DNA of 64,000 nt from Verrucomicrobiota bacterium (GCA_039818205.1 JBCBUK010000002.1:64001-128000); one strand, 5' to 3'. Numbered from the stretch's first letter, positions 1 through 10,047 are shown. Notes: generated from the sequence alone by a model not told the origin. Translations and numbers: made by a program.

Positions 1-837
1 GAATTGGACATTACGACCGGTGACCTGATTTTGGGTAACCCGAACCTGCAACTTTCCGACGTCCAAAGCTGGGATATCCGGGTCGAATATAATTTCACGG
101 ACCACCCGGGCGATATCATCGCGGCGAGTGTTTTCTACAAGGACGTCAATCAGCCGATTGAGAAAGTAATCCTTTATGACAAGGTTGCCCGTCAGAGTGT
201 GCAGTCCTGGTTTAACAATCCGGATCGCGCCGTGATCAAAGGGGTCGAGTTAGAGGTAGCCAAGAATCTCGGTGTGTTTGCACCTGAGCTCGAGGATTTC
301 TCGATCTCGGCCAATTTCAGTCTGATCGATGCGTCGGTGGGTTACCCGGAGTCGATCGCAAACAGTTATATCGCGGAAAATTCTGTTCGCCTCGGCGGTC
401 AAACTGTAACTTTCCCGGCTGGGATATATGTCGGCAACGACGGTGCGCCATTCGGAAACAGTAATTTCCCGCCCGGAGATCGGCGTTTGTTCGATCAACC
501 TGAGTGGATTGTTAACACCGCGTTAACTTGGAGCAATCCGGATCTCGGATCGACAATCAACATTTCTCTGTTTGCCCAGAGCGACGTGTTGACTGGGGTC
601 GGGTCGGGATTCGATGTCTCCGGTAGTATCGACCAATACACTGACCAGTTTTATCAGTTGGATCTCTCTTACCAACAACTAATTACGGAAAATTTGGTGC
701 TGAAATTTGCGATGAAAAACATCACCGATACACCGCGATCGATCATCTATGATCCTTCCCAAACGGCGGGCCGGATCGAGCGTCTTTCTTACCGTATCGG
801 GCGCGAATATCGTTTGGCGCTGGAATACACGTTCTAA
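1..837 (+). CDS. TonB-dependent receptor, C-terminal part (5'-truncated by window edge)
   Basis: GNPNL motif, alternating beta-strand pattern, KNITD motif and terminal aromatic ...YRLALEYTF typical of outer-membrane TBDR barrels. Confidence 0.9.
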   Translation, partial: ELDITTGDLILGNPNLQLSDVQSWDIRVEYNFTDHPGDIIAASVFYKDVNQPIEKVILYDKVARQSVQSWFNNPDRAVIKGVELEVAKNLGVFAPELEDFSISANFSLIDASVGYPESIANSYIAENSVRLGGQTVTFPAGIYVGNDGAPFGNSNFPPGDRRLFDQPEWIVNTALTWSNPDLGSTINISLFAQSDVLTGVGSGFDVSGSIDQYTDQFYQLDLSYQQLITENLVLKFAMKNITDTPRSIIYDPSQTAGRIERLSYRIGREYRLALEYTF

Positions 838-854
838 AGTCCCGTTTATGTCTG

Positions 855-872
855 TTGTGACTGAATTGTTAC
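855..872 (+). promoter_or_regulatory. Pho-box-like direct repeat
   Basis: TTGTGAC (855-861) and TTGTTAC (866-872) with 11-bp periodicity, resembling CTGTCAY half-sites, upstream of the 951 CDS. Confidence 0.35.
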
Positions 873-950
873 ATGGCTGACGCGACTGCGACGCATAAAT
901 CATTTAGATTCTTAGACCTACGACCTTTACGTCGAATCCCTTAACTCAAA

Positions 951-2573
951 ATGAAACTCAAGATTGCCATACCATTCATTGGCAGTGCCCTAGCGGTCTC
1001 CTCCGTTTTCGGTGCTGTTGTTTCTCTAACGCCGACCAATTTCCCAACCGAAATTGCTCTAACTGGATCTGAACCAGACGTTTACGAAATCACCGCTGAC
1101 CTGACTCTCACTGCTGCTGACGAGTATATCATCGAAGCTGCTACTTTCGTAACTAACGGTGCTACCTTGACCATCGAAGCGGACACCATCGTTCGTGGTC
1201 AGCCTCTCTACACGCCTGTCGGTAACACCAACGCGAACACCAGCGCTTTGGTTATCACCCAAGACGGCTTCATCGAAGCTAACGGAACACCTTCGCAGCC
1301 AATCATTTTCACCACTGCGGCTGACACTAACCGCACTGAGTGGACTGCAGGTGACACTTTCTTGGACGCAACTCCAGATACCGCTCCTTTGGCTCCAACT
1401 ACCGGTGCAGTTCCTAACACGGGTCTCTGGGGTGGTGTCATCCTCCTCGGCGAAGCTCCAACTAACTTGGACGGTTCCCTGGCTTCTCCAGCAAACCTTT
1501 CCGTTCCAGTTGGTAACATCGAAGGTCTTCCACAAGACTCCCGCACTATTTACGGTGGTTTGAATCCAAACGACACTTCCGGTTCGATGTCTTTCGTTTC
1601 GATCCGCCACAACGGTATCGAAATCTCCGCTGGTAACGAGCTCCAAGGCTTGACCCTCGGTGGTGTTGGCCTCGGAACAGACCTCAACAACGTTGAAGTT
1701 TACTGCTCGGCTGACGACGGTATCGAAATCTTCGGTGGCACCGTTGCTATCAAGAACTTCATGATCAGCTACGCTGACGACGATAGCCTCGACATGGACC
1801 AAGGTTATGCTGGTCTTCTTCAGTTCGGTTTCATCGTCCAAGACGAAACTGACGTTGTTGGTGGTGACCACGGTTTTGAGTGGGACGGTGACGACTTCGA
1901 TGAGAACCCATCCAATGTTTCTCTGACCGGTCTTCCATTGTGCTACCCAACCATCTACAACATGACCTTGTTTGGTGACCGCACTGATGGTGCTAACGAC
2001 GACGCACTTCGCATCCGCAACGGCGGTGGAGGTAACCTCTTCAACTCGATCGTCGCTTACTATCCATCGAACATCACCAACTTGGCTATCGACAATCCAG
2101 GTGCAGGTAACGCAGGTTTCGAAGATTCCGGTGATCGTGTTGGTTCCGGTACGTTGAACCTCGCTGGTGTCGTATTCTACGAAGTTAGCGGCAACACCGC
2201 AGCGACGATCTCCACCAACACCATCGGTGAAGACGTCATCAACAACAACACCACGAACGCTCCTGGTGCTTCGTTGAACCAAGTCATCGCTTCCGGCGCA
2301 GGCACCGATCCATTCTTCGGTTTCTTCGTCGGTGGTAACGGTAACGACCGCACCATCGGTGGTAACGCCCTGAACCCAGCTCCAGTTAACGGTGCCGCTT
2401 TCGGTGCAGCTAACTCGGTTGCTGTTACCAGCACGTTCTTCACCGACGTTTCCTTCGTAGGTGCTTTCGAGCCAGGTAACCCAAATGGCCTCCTCTTCAC
2501 CACCGGTTGGACCGCAATGAACATCGCTGGCACGCTAGTTGACGCTGCTTCCGGCGCTGTCATCGTGCCTTAA
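951..2573 (+). CDS. Secreted beta-helix-like protein of the TBDR-associated family
   Basis: Signal peptide; conserved blocks WGGVILLG-AP, SGSMSFVSIRH, NELQGLTLGGVG-GT, DDGIEIFGGTV, DDDSLDMDQGY; strongly biased codon usage. Confidence 0.8.
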   Translation: MKLKIAIPFIGSALAVSSVFGAVVSLTPTNFPTEIALTGSEPDVYEITADLTLTAADEYIIEAATFVTNGATLTIEADTIVRGQPLYTPVGNTNANTSALVITQDGFIEANGTPSQPIIFTTAADTNRTEWTAGDTFLDATPDTAPLAPTTGAVPNTGLWGGVILLGEAPTNLDGSLASPANLSVPVGNIEGLPQDSRTIYGGLNPNDTSGSMSFVSIRHNGIEISAGNELQGLTLGGVGLGTDLNNVEVYCSADDGIEIFGGTVAIKNFMISYADDDSLDMDQGYAGLLQFGFIVQDETDVVGGDHGFEWDGDDFDENPSNVSLTGLPLCYPTIYNMTLFGDRTDGANDDALRIRNGGGGNLFNSIVAYYPSNITNLAIDNPGAGNAGFEDSGDRVGSGTLNLAGVVFYEVSGNTAATISTNTIGEDVINNNTTNAPGASLNQVIASGAGTDPFFGFFVGGNGNDRTIGGNALNPAPVNGAAFGAANSVAVTSTFFTDVSFVGAFEPGNPNGLLFTTGWTAMNIAGTLVDAASGAVIVP

Positions 2574-2617
2574 TTCGGTTAGAATTAGATATAAGACTCG
2601 TTTTTAATGATTTGACA

Positions 2618-2648
2618 GTCGGTCTGGTGGCAATTCCACTAGACCGAC
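2618..2648 (+). other. Intergenic stem-loop without U-tract (possible mRNA stabiliser or partial terminator)
   Basis: GTCGGTCTGGTGG-caatt-CCACTAGACCGAC, 13-bp stem with one G-U pair. Confidence 0.6.
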
Positions 2649-2676
2649 GCTCAAAGCCAAAACAACATTTTCTCTA

Positions 2677-3423
2677 ATGAAAAAGCTTATCATCTCTGCG
2701 ACTGCTATCGCAGCAATGTCGATCTCCGCTCAAGCAGCTAGCTTGATCGTCGGTTTTGATTTCTCCGGTTTGGCCGTTGGTGCGGGTAACCTGCCAGGCA
2801 ATTACGCTGGAAACGTTTCCGAAGTCACTGGTAACGGTGGTGCAAACAGCAACGGCACCGTATACTGGGATGGTTCTTTCGGTTCGTCCGTCGTTCCTAT
2901 CACTGGTTTCGCCGCTGTTTATCAAGCTGCTTCGATTAGCTTGACCTCGAACGAGACTCTCCAAAACGGCATCGATACCTTCGCTGCGATCAACGGCACC
3001 AGCCCGAAGCTCCAAGGTACCACGATTAACGGTTTTGGCAGCATCTCGGACAACATCATCGTTTTCGAAGTTGCTCAAGGTGGTCAAAACTACGAGAACG
3101 TTTTCGTTTCTTATGCAGGGATTGCCTCTGAAGCAACGACCCTCAGCTGGTCCTACAGCCTCGACGGTAACACCTACACACCAGTAGAAACCGACAACAT
3201 CGGTACCGGTGACTCGCCTTACACCACTGCTTTCCCAGCACTCGACGGTGTAAGCGGCACGTTCTACCTGTCTGCTGAGTATGGCACCGTTAATTCCGGT
3301 CAAACGATCTCGATCGATAACATCCAGATCGCTGGTGACGTTATCGTTCCTGAGCCTTCGACTTACGCAATGATTGCTGGTCTCGCAGTTCTCGGCTTGG
3401 CTTACATCCGCCGCCGCCGTTAA
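2677..3423 (+). CDS. PEP-CTERM sorting domain protein
   Basis: Signal peptide (AQA-A); C-terminal VPEPSTYAMIAGLAVLGLAYIRRRR. Confidence 0.95.
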   Translation: MKKLIISATAIAAMSISAQAASLIVGFDFSGLAVGAGNLPGNYAGNVSEVTGNGGANSNGTVYWDGSFGSSVVPITGFAAVYQAASISLTSNETLQNGIDTFAAINGTSPKLQGTTINGFGSISDNIIVFEVAQGGQNYENVFVSYAGIASEATTLSWSYSLDGNTYTPVETDNIGTGDSPYTTAFPALDGVSGTFYLSAEYGTVNSGQTISIDNIQIAGDVIVPEPSTYAMIAGLAVLGLAYIRRRR

Positions 3424-3453
3424 TTGCTAGATAAAGCATCTTTAAACGCTTTC

Positions 3454-3490
3454 AAAAGCGCTCCTCGGTTGAGGGGCGCTTTTTTGTTTT
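3454..3490 (+). terminator. Rho-independent terminator
   Basis: AAAAGCGCTCCTC-ggtt-GAGGGGCGCTTTTTTGTTTT. Confidence 0.9.
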
Positions 3491-3573
3491 GATGCATCGT
3501 CCGACCTCGGTAAGTCTTTGCAAGCTAGGTGCTTGTGGTTGGTTTCATGGTTCTCGTGACGAGCGGGTTCTTT

Positions 3574-3604
3574 TTGTCATAGAAACGTTACACATGTTTG
3601 TCAC
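3574..3604 (+). promoter_or_regulatory. Pho-box-like repeats
   Basis: TTGTCAT (3574), ACGTTAC (3585), TTGTCAC (3598) upstream of the 3639 ORF. Confidence 0.45.
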
Positions 3605-3638
3605 AATTGATTGGACCCCGCATTGTTAATCGCTTGCT

Positions 3639-4388
3639 ATGTGGGCCATGATCATCGGTTTCCGCAAATCCGCTGTCGTTGGACTCATGGCACTTGCTAT
3701 CGGAACGTCTGCTGTCTGTGCCCAGGCCGATTCGAGTGACTCGGTTGCATCATCCCAAGGGGTGAAGTTCGATATGGATCCCACCAAGACTGGTCTCGAT
3801 TACCTGAATTATATCGATGATTATTCGGTCAAGCGGGGGACATCGACTGCGGGAGCGATCTCAGGAGTCGGTGCGAGCGAAGCGACTTCAGTGGGGCAGG
3901 GCCGAAGCGATAAAGATCATCCCAAGCCGCTATTACCCGCGGTAACGGCCGTTCGAGCGCTGGATTATGGCGCGGCGCACGCCGTTGCAGTCGTCTTGTT
4001 GCCACTTTCGATGAGTGGAGATGCGCTTGAGTTTGATCGATCCGATAAGTTCATGACTAACCGACCAGTGGGTCGCCGTTCTGGAAGCGGAACTGCGGCT
4101 ACACGCGAAATGGGCACCGTTGTTTTTGAATCGGCAGCGTTGGCGGCCCCCGAAGGTGGCGAGAGCGTCGATCGCACAACACGGTCGCGCTCTTCGGGTA
4201 GCGTGGCGAGTAGTCGAAACACGCTTTTCCAGTTCCCGATGCCCGATGAGACGACCTTAGAAGTTTCTGGATATGAGACGGCATTGCCGGAAAAACAGAA
4301 CGCCAATCGTGCGACGAGCCGATCGAGCCGCGGCGGCGGTCGTGGCAACGGACGAAATTTGTATCCAGCCCATCCCGAGCGCCCTTAA
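3639..4388 (+). CDS. Hypothetical exported protein, Ser/Arg-rich, low complexity
   Basis: 249-aa ORF with signal-peptide-like N-terminus (VCA-Q); no recognisable domain; start may be 3648. Confidence 0.55.
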   Translation: MWAMIIGFRKSAVVGLMALAIGTSAVCAQADSSDSVASSQGVKFDMDPTKTGLDYLNYIDDYSVKRGTSTAGAISGVGASEATSVGQGRSDKDHPKPLLPAVTAVRALDYGAAHAVAVVLLPLSMSGDALEFDRSDKFMTNRPVGRRSGSGTAATREMGTVVFESAALAAPEGGESVDRTTRSRSSGSVASSRNTLFQFPMPDETTLEVSGYETALPEKQNANRATSRSSRGGGRGNGRNLYPAHPERP

Positions 4389-4519
4389 TTTGGCGCTAAT
4401 TGGAGTGTTGGTTGAAAATTAGGCCAGCTTCTAAGCTTCTTAATAAAATGTTCTGGATGCACTCCTGAAAATCCAGCATCCTTTGACGTTATTCCCCCTT
4501 GACCGGGAGAGATAACGCT

Positions 4520-6145
4520 ATGTTGGTTTCAATTATCCTCATCTCCGCTGTCGTCCTCGCTGTTGGTTACCGCATCTATGGACGGTTCCTTTGTCGCCGT
4601 TGTCAGATCGACGATTCTCGTAAGACTCCAGCCCATGAGTTCGAAGACGGGGTTGATTTTGTTCCCACGAGCGCACCGATGGTATTTGGGCACCACTTTT
4701 CTTCGATCGCAGGTGCCGGGCCAATTGTAGGACCGATCCTAGCGACCATGTATTTCGGATGGGGTCCAACCTGGATCTGGATTCTTATCGGTGCCATCTT
4801 GTTTGGCGGCGTGCACGATTTCGGCAGCATGCTAATGTCCCTCCGGAATGGTGGCCGCACGATCACCGAGATCACTAAGACGGTCATCGGCAAACAGACA
4901 GCGCGCTATTTCCGCATCTTTTTGGTTCTGGCGCTGGTCTACGTGATTATTGTCTTTCTGGATCTAACCTCGAGCACCTTCGCCGGGACGCCTGCCGTAG
5001 CCACGGCTTCGGGTTGGTTCATCTTTTGTGCCGTTGGGCTCGGATTGGTTCTCCGGTGGAAGGGCCTCTCGATGCCCGTTACCTTGGCGATTTTCATTCC
5101 GCTGACTTTCGCTGGATTGGCCCTGGGCCATTATTTGCCGGCAGAGGGCGTTCCGAAGAATGCCTGGTTGGCCATGATTCTGATTTATTGCTTCGTGGCC
5201 TCGGTGTTGCCGGTCAATACGCTGCTGCAACCGCGAGATTTTTTGAGCTCCCTGTTCCTCTATGCGATGATGTTTCTGGGGCTAGTCGGGCTCTTGTTCT
5301 CGGGGCAGAGCATCGAAGCGCCGTTTTTCGCGGGACTAAATACGGACAAAGCGAATCCGGGGTTTCTCTTTCCCGTTCTCTTTGTCACGGTGGCCTGTGG
5401 AGCCTGCAGTGGATTCCACAGTCTGGTAGCGAGTGGGACTACCTCAAAGCAGGTCAATCGAGAACGTGATGCCATTCCTTTGTCCTACGGGGCAATGTTG
5501 GTCGAAGGATTCCTTGCTGTATTTGCTCTAGCGACCGTCGCGATTCTCAGCACTCAGGATTTAAGTGGAAAGACAGCGGTTGGTATTTTCGCCACCGGAT
5601 CTGCGGTGTTCATGAGCACCTTGGGTATTCCCCAATCGCTGGGTGCCGAGTTTACGGCTTTGACGGTAAGCACCTTCCTCTTGACGACCTTGGACACGTC
5701 GACGCGGTTGACGCGCTTCTTGATTCAGGAGATGTTTGAATGGGAGGGCGATGCTAGCCGTTATTTGGGAACCTTTCTTGTTTTGCTGATTCCCGGGGTT
5801 TTTGCCTTTCAGACCTTTGACGGCCAGCCGGCCTGGAAAGTCATTTGGCCACTGTTCGGAGCAACGAATCAAATGATGGCAGGACTTGCACTGGTGACCT
5901 TTGTCGTCTTCCTCAAGGATCGCAGTATCGCCTTCAAATTTGCGCTTTTTCCTGCGCTTTTCATGATGCTTAGTCCGCTGACGGCGCTGGTCTTCATGGC
6001 CATGGATTCCGAATTGGGCATCTTTTTGCAGTCAATCAGCGTTGGGATGTTCATCCTGGGCATTTTCGTTGCTGGTATGTCCCTGAAGTTCCTCTTGCAG
6101 TCGCACTCGCCCGTTCGAAGTCCGGTCTCATCGGAGGCCAACTAG
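4520..6145 (+). CDS. cstA: Carbon starvation protein A family transporter
   Basis: TPAH-DGVDFVP, FGHHFSSIAGAGPIVGP, ACGACSGFHSL, TTLDT-TRL, IWPLFGATNQ motifs. Confidence 0.93.
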   Translation: MLVSIILISAVVLAVGYRIYGRFLCRRCQIDDSRKTPAHEFEDGVDFVPTSAPMVFGHHFSSIAGAGPIVGPILATMYFGWGPTWIWILIGAILFGGVHDFGSMLMSLRNGGRTITEITKTVIGKQTARYFRIFLVLALVYVIIVFLDLTSSTFAGTPAVATASGWFIFCAVGLGLVLRWKGLSMPVTLAIFIPLTFAGLALGHYLPAEGVPKNAWLAMILIYCFVASVLPVNTLLQPRDFLSSLFLYAMMFLGLVGLLFSGQSIEAPFFAGLNTDKANPGFLFPVLFVTVACGACSGFHSLVASGTTSKQVNRERDAIPLSYGAMLVEGFLAVFALATVAILSTQDLSGKTAVGIFATGSAVFMSTLGIPQSLGAEFTALTVSTFLLTTLDTSTRLTRFLIQEMFEWEGDASRYLGTFLVLLIPGVFAFQTFDGQPAWKVIWPLFGATNQMMAGLALVTFVVFLKDRSIAFKFALFPALFMMLSPLTALVFMAMDSELGIFLQSISVGMFILGIFVAGMSLKFLLQSHSPVRSPVSSEAN

Positions 6146-6168
6146 CTGCCCGGAATTATCGTTACGGC

Positions 6169-6624
6169 CTAGCTTTGGGCTGCGTGAGCCAGAAATCTAC
6201 GGACGAGCAGGTAAATTCCGGGCTCCTCGCTTTCCCTGGGACCGGCAATGTTGACGAGCGTGGGTTTATTATGCTGGAACAAAAACTTTAGTTGAGCGAT
6301 CTGAGGAGTGAGATTCCTACCCAGGACTAGATGCAGGTTAGGGCGTTGGTATTTGTGGGCGAAATCTAGGGTCGTCGCAGTGCCGCCGCAGACGGCTTCC
6401 ATGCTCGAAAATATGAGGGTGCAATCGCTGTCGCGTACGTTCCATTCGGTTCGTTGAATTGCTTCGCTGCCCGGGGTCTCAACGAGCGGATAACGCATGG
6501 ATATTGGTCCGTCTTCGGCCCAGCGGTTGCGGGGACACTAGCCGGCGATTGGGAGATTTGAGTCCAAGCCAAAATCTAGGGCCGCTCGGTCAGCGCCAGT
6601 TTGCCCGCCGCTCATTATCCACAT
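6169..6624 (-). pseudogene. Putative molybdenum carrier (SLOG superfamily) gene interrupted by an in-frame TAG
   Basis: From ATG 6624: [49 protein letters not shown]...RTEWNVRDSD...NIAGPRES; TAG at 6540-6538 sits at the conserved Trp of GWCP. Confidence 0.85.
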
Positions 6625-6784
6625 GGAATCGAAAATCACGGATCAAACTGTTGGGATTAAGGCCTGATAAACAACTATATAGGTGGCCATTTGCCCTCCA
6701 TGGGGCAATCAAATATGAGTGGTTAACCGAGCTTTTACCCTAAGAGTTCGTCCTTGCCAGCGGGGACATTGTGGTCAAGGTTGG

Positions 6785-6922
6785 AGAACGTTTTTAATGG
6801 GAAACGTTCTTTTCTGCGAAATATGCAGGGGGAGCCGCCTCGCTAAAGACTCAGGCAGACTGCCTGAAGTGAGCTTAGTTCGGGGCGCCGGAGCTGAGTT
6901 CTGTACCTCACCGGCGCTGAAC
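6785..6922 (+). promoter_or_regulatory. Structured 5' leader of the RRM gene
   Basis: Four consecutive hairpins (6785-6810, 6811-6831, 6851-6867, 6878-6922) ending 18 nt before the GTG start. Confidence 0.45.
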
Positions 6923-6940
6923 AAGAAAAGAATTAAGACA

Positions 6941-7360
6941 GTGGACATCTACGTTGGGAACATTCCCTACGATCTCTCAGACGACGAACTGATGGGCATC
7001 TTCGGCGCACACGGCGAAGTTGTATCAGCTAAAGTCATTATCGACCGTGAAACTGGCCGCTCCAAGGGCTTTGCTTTCGTTTCAATGGCAAACGAAGACG
7101 AAGCCAATGCGGCAGTTGAAGCATTGAATGGTGCGGATATTGGCGGTCGGCCAGCTAAGGTAAACATCGCTCGCCCACGCGAGGAGCGTCCTCCTCGCCG
7201 TGACTTCGGTGGCGGCGGCGGCGGTGGTTTTAATCGCGGCGGCGGTGGCGGCGGCGGTTTTAATCGCGGCGGCGGCGGTGGCGGCGGTGGCGGTTTTCGT
7301 CGTCGTGAAGGCGGAGGCGGCGGCGGTCAGAGCCGTGGTCGTGATCGACGCCCTTACTAG
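6941..7360 (+). CDS. RRM RNA-binding protein with Gly-rich tail
   Basis: RNP2 IYVGNI, RNP1 KGFAFVSM, DRETGRS; repeated GGGGGGGFNR; GTG start at 6941 (ORF-track extension to 6719 not supported). Confidence 0.95.
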   Translation: MDIYVGNIPYDLSDDELMGIFGAHGEVVSAKVIIDRETGRSKGFAFVSMANEDEANAAVEALNGADIGGRPAKVNIARPREERPPRRDFGGGGGGGFNRGGGGGGGFNRGGGGGGGGGFRRREGGGGGGQSRGRDRRPY

Positions 7361-7459
7361 TGCTATTACTACGCCAGCTATGAGTAGCTGTTTTCGCGGC
7401 GGACCCCAGGCCTTATCCGACTCCGCCAAAAACCCTGATTGAACGAAAATTTGGTTTTG

Positions 7460-7490
7460 AAACGCCGACCTGCGGGTCGGCGTTTTTTTT
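7460..7490 (+). terminator. Rho-independent terminator
   Basis: AAACGCCGACC-tgcg-GGTCGGCGTTTTTTTT. Confidence 0.92.
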
Positions 7491-7575
7491 GACCAGTCTT
7501 ATTCCCCGGCTTCCAGTGGGTATACTTTGCGGTGGATATTGTAATTGGAGACCACCCGTATGCAGTCTATTGTAA

Positions 7576-8643
7576 ATGGGTATGAATTGGCATCCGATAA
7601 TCAATGGCCTGTTGGTGCTGGGCAGTTTGTTGGCCACTGCCTGTCGTGATGATCAGCATTCCTCTCCGGTTGAAGCTGAGCAAGTGCCCGATGCAGTTCA
7701 TTCGTTGGATTTTGATTCGCTGGACACTGCCTTGGAAACTGATGCCTACGCGGACATTGACGCATTGCTCGTCTTGAAGGACGGAGGCCTTGTTTATGAA
7801 CGCTACTTCAATGGATACGATGCAGATAAAGTCCACGATTTTGCCTCAGTAACGAAAAGCATCACGTCGCTACTGGTGGGTATTGCTACCGATATTGGGC
7901 ATATCGAGAGCATTGATGAACCGATCCATCGATACTATGAGTCGACGGTTCATTCGGAGGCCTTCAAAGAGGGAAAAGAACGTCTAACGCTTCGCCATTT
8001 GTTGACGATGCAACATGGGCTAGATTGCGACGACTATGGTCATCTCGGGATGTGGCGATTTCGGTTGTGGCTAAAGGCGAATGATCCGGTTCAAGCGGTG
8101 CTTCTGTTCCCGATGAACAAACAGCCAGGATCGGTAACCGCCTATTGCACGGCATCCACTGAGCTTTTGCGGATTCCGCTCGAGAGTTCCACGGGATTGC
8201 CGGTGGAAACCTTCGCGAATGAAGTCTTGTTTCACCCACTCGGGATTAATGAAGTGGAGTGGGAGATAAATGGTGATGGTTCCGTGGCGCTTGGACACGG
8301 AATTAATATGAGACCGCGGGACGTTGCCACGATTGGACTAATGATTGAGAACGGTGGCGTCTGGGACGGTAAACGGGTTGTTTCGGCCGCCTGGTTAGCG
8401 GACTCCTTCGCCAGGCATGGAACCCTGTTGGGAATTGACTACGGCTATCTCTGGTATGCTGAAGAGTATAATATCGGCGGTGAAACCGTAAAATCTTATT
8501 TGGCAATGGGCCATGGAGGGCAGTTTTTGATCCTTTTTCCAGAGCTCAACGCGATCATCGTAATCGCCGCGAGCGACTACGAAATGAAACTCGATTTTTA
8601 TCAGTTGATCGCAGAAAAGATCCTGCCATCGCTCCTTGAGTAG
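7576..8643 (+). CDS. Serine hydrolase, beta-lactamase-related family, probable lipoprotein
   Basis: SxxK (ASVTKS), LRHLLTM, YGYLW, AMGHGGQ; lipobox-like LATAC. Confidence 0.88.
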   Translation: MGMNWHPIINGLLVLGSLLATACRDDQHSSPVEAEQVPDAVHSLDFDSLDTALETDAYADIDALLVLKDGGLVYERYFNGYDADKVHDFASVTKSITSLLVGIATDIGHIESIDEPIHRYYESTVHSEAFKEGKERLTLRHLLTMQHGLDCDDYGHLGMWRFRLWLKANDPVQAVLLFPMNKQPGSVTAYCTASTELLRIPLESSTGLPVETFANEVLFHPLGINEVEWEINGDGSVALGHGINMRPRDVATIGLMIENGGVWDGKRVVSAAWLADSFARHGTLLGIDYGYLWYAEEYNIGGETVKSYLAMGHGGQFLILFPELNAIIVIAASDYEMKLDFYQLIAEKILPSLLE

Positions 8644-8676
8644 TTCTATGGGTCAGGATCCAACTCCCCAACCAGT

Positions 8677-10047
8677 CTACTCGAAGGCGCGCATTCGAAT
8701 TAGAACCCGATCCTTCCCAAGAACACGCAGCAGGGCGAGCAAGTCTGGACCACCCGATTGGCCACTGACGGTTAGTCGGGCGATCGGGAAATAGTCGAAC
8801 TTTTTGCGTTCTAGCTTTTCGGCTAGGGCGACGATCGCCGCATCAATCGTCTCATCTTCCCAGACGTCAATCGCTTCAAGGGCGGGGATGAGTTCGTTGA
8901 GGCGGTCCATTGGTTCACCTTTTTTGAAGACGCGTTTGCGTGCCTCAGGATCGATGGCGAAGTCCTCGCGGAAGAAATACTGGACGAGTTCGGGTAGGCC
9001 TTCGAAATCGCGGGCCTTTTCCTGCGCAATGGTCAACACGCGCTGGATGTAATCTTCCGAAGTTTGTTCGTCGATGACGCTGGCTGCCGAGAGGATCGGG
9101 CCAGCCATCCAGCAGAAGGTTTCGACCGGCAGAGCACGCAGATATTCGGTATTGATGTGAGCGAGTTTCTTTTCGTCGAATTTAGCACCGTCCTTTTGGA
9201 CACCATCGAAATCGAAGCGCTGAATAATTTCATCGATCGGCATCACCTCACTGTCGTCCTTTGGGTTCCAGCCCAAGAGGCAAAGGAAGTTACGCACCGC
9301 TTGTGGAATGAAGTGGCGTTTCTGGTATTCTTCCAGCAGAGCTCCAGTTTCCCGCTTGGACATTTTGCCCTTACCATCGCTTTTCAGGATGAGCGGGATG
9401 TGGGCGAACACGGGAGGCTCGGCGCCGAGGGCACGGTAGATCTCGACGTGACGCGCGGTGTTGGAAAGGTGGTCTTCGCCGCGGATTACGTGGGTCATTC
9501 CCATGGTCATATCATCAACGACATTCACGAAATGGAAACCGAAGTCTCCGTTACTGCGTTTCAGCACGAAATCTGTCTCAACGGCACGGGTCACTTCGCC
9601 ACGGACAGCATCGTTGATCGTCACGGGTTCGGTGCGGACCTTCTCGATCTCCGCGTTCTTATATTTGTCGAACTCAACGTAGCGCTCGCCAAGCAATTTA
9701 AAATAGATTGCGCCGTCTTTTTCGTAGGCTCGATCGGCCTCTAACAGCTTCTGCAGATGCTCTTCGTAAATTGCGTTGCGTTCGCTCTGAAAGTAAGGCC
9801 CGTGGTCGCCGCCTGCTTCTGGGCCTTCATCCCAGTCGAGGCCGAGCCAGCGCATGCCATCGAGTAGGGCCGCCAGGGCTTCGGGCGTATTACGGGCGGT
9901 GTCGGTGTCCTCGATACGCAAGATGAACTTGCCGCCAGTGTGCCGGGCATAGAGCCAGTTGAACAAGGCGGTGCGGGCTCCTCCGATGTGGAAGAAGCCA
10001 GTTGGGCTAGGAGCAAATCGTACGCGAACGTTACTTTCAGAACTCAT
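8677..10047 (-). CDS. gltX: Glutamate--tRNA ligase
   Basis: [32 protein letters not shown]. Confidence 0.96.
   Translation of the reverse strand: MSSESNVRVRFAPSPTGFFHIGGARTALFNWLYARHTGGKFILRIEDTDTARNTPEALAALLDGMRWLGLDWDEGPEAGGDHGPYFQSERNAIYEEHLQKLLEADRAYEKDGAIYFKLLGERYVEFDKYKNAEIEKVRTEPVTINDAVRGEVTRAVETDFVLKRSNGDFGFHFVNVVDDMTMGMTHVIRGEDHLSNTARHVEIYRALGAEPPVFAHIPLILKSDGKGKMSKRETGALLEEYQKRHFIPQAVRNFLCLLGWNPKDDSEVMPIDEIIQRFDFDGVQKDGAKFDEKKLAHINTEYLRALPVETFCWMAGPILSAASVIDEQTSEDYIQRVLTIAQEKARDFEGLPELVQYFFREDFAIDPEARKRVFKKGEPMDRLNELIPALEAIDVWEDETIDAAIVALAEKLERKKFDYFPIARLTVSGQSGGPDLLALLRVLGKDRVLIRMRAFE

Noticed and set aside
1059..3303. Long antisense ORFs (407 aa and 209 aa) opposite the 951 and 2677 genes
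   Set aside because: Shadow frames produced by strong codon bias of the sense genes; no motifs
6538..6540. Genome-wide TAG recoding or pyrrolysine
   Set aside because: Many genes in the window terminate properly at TAG, and the position corresponds to a conserved Trp
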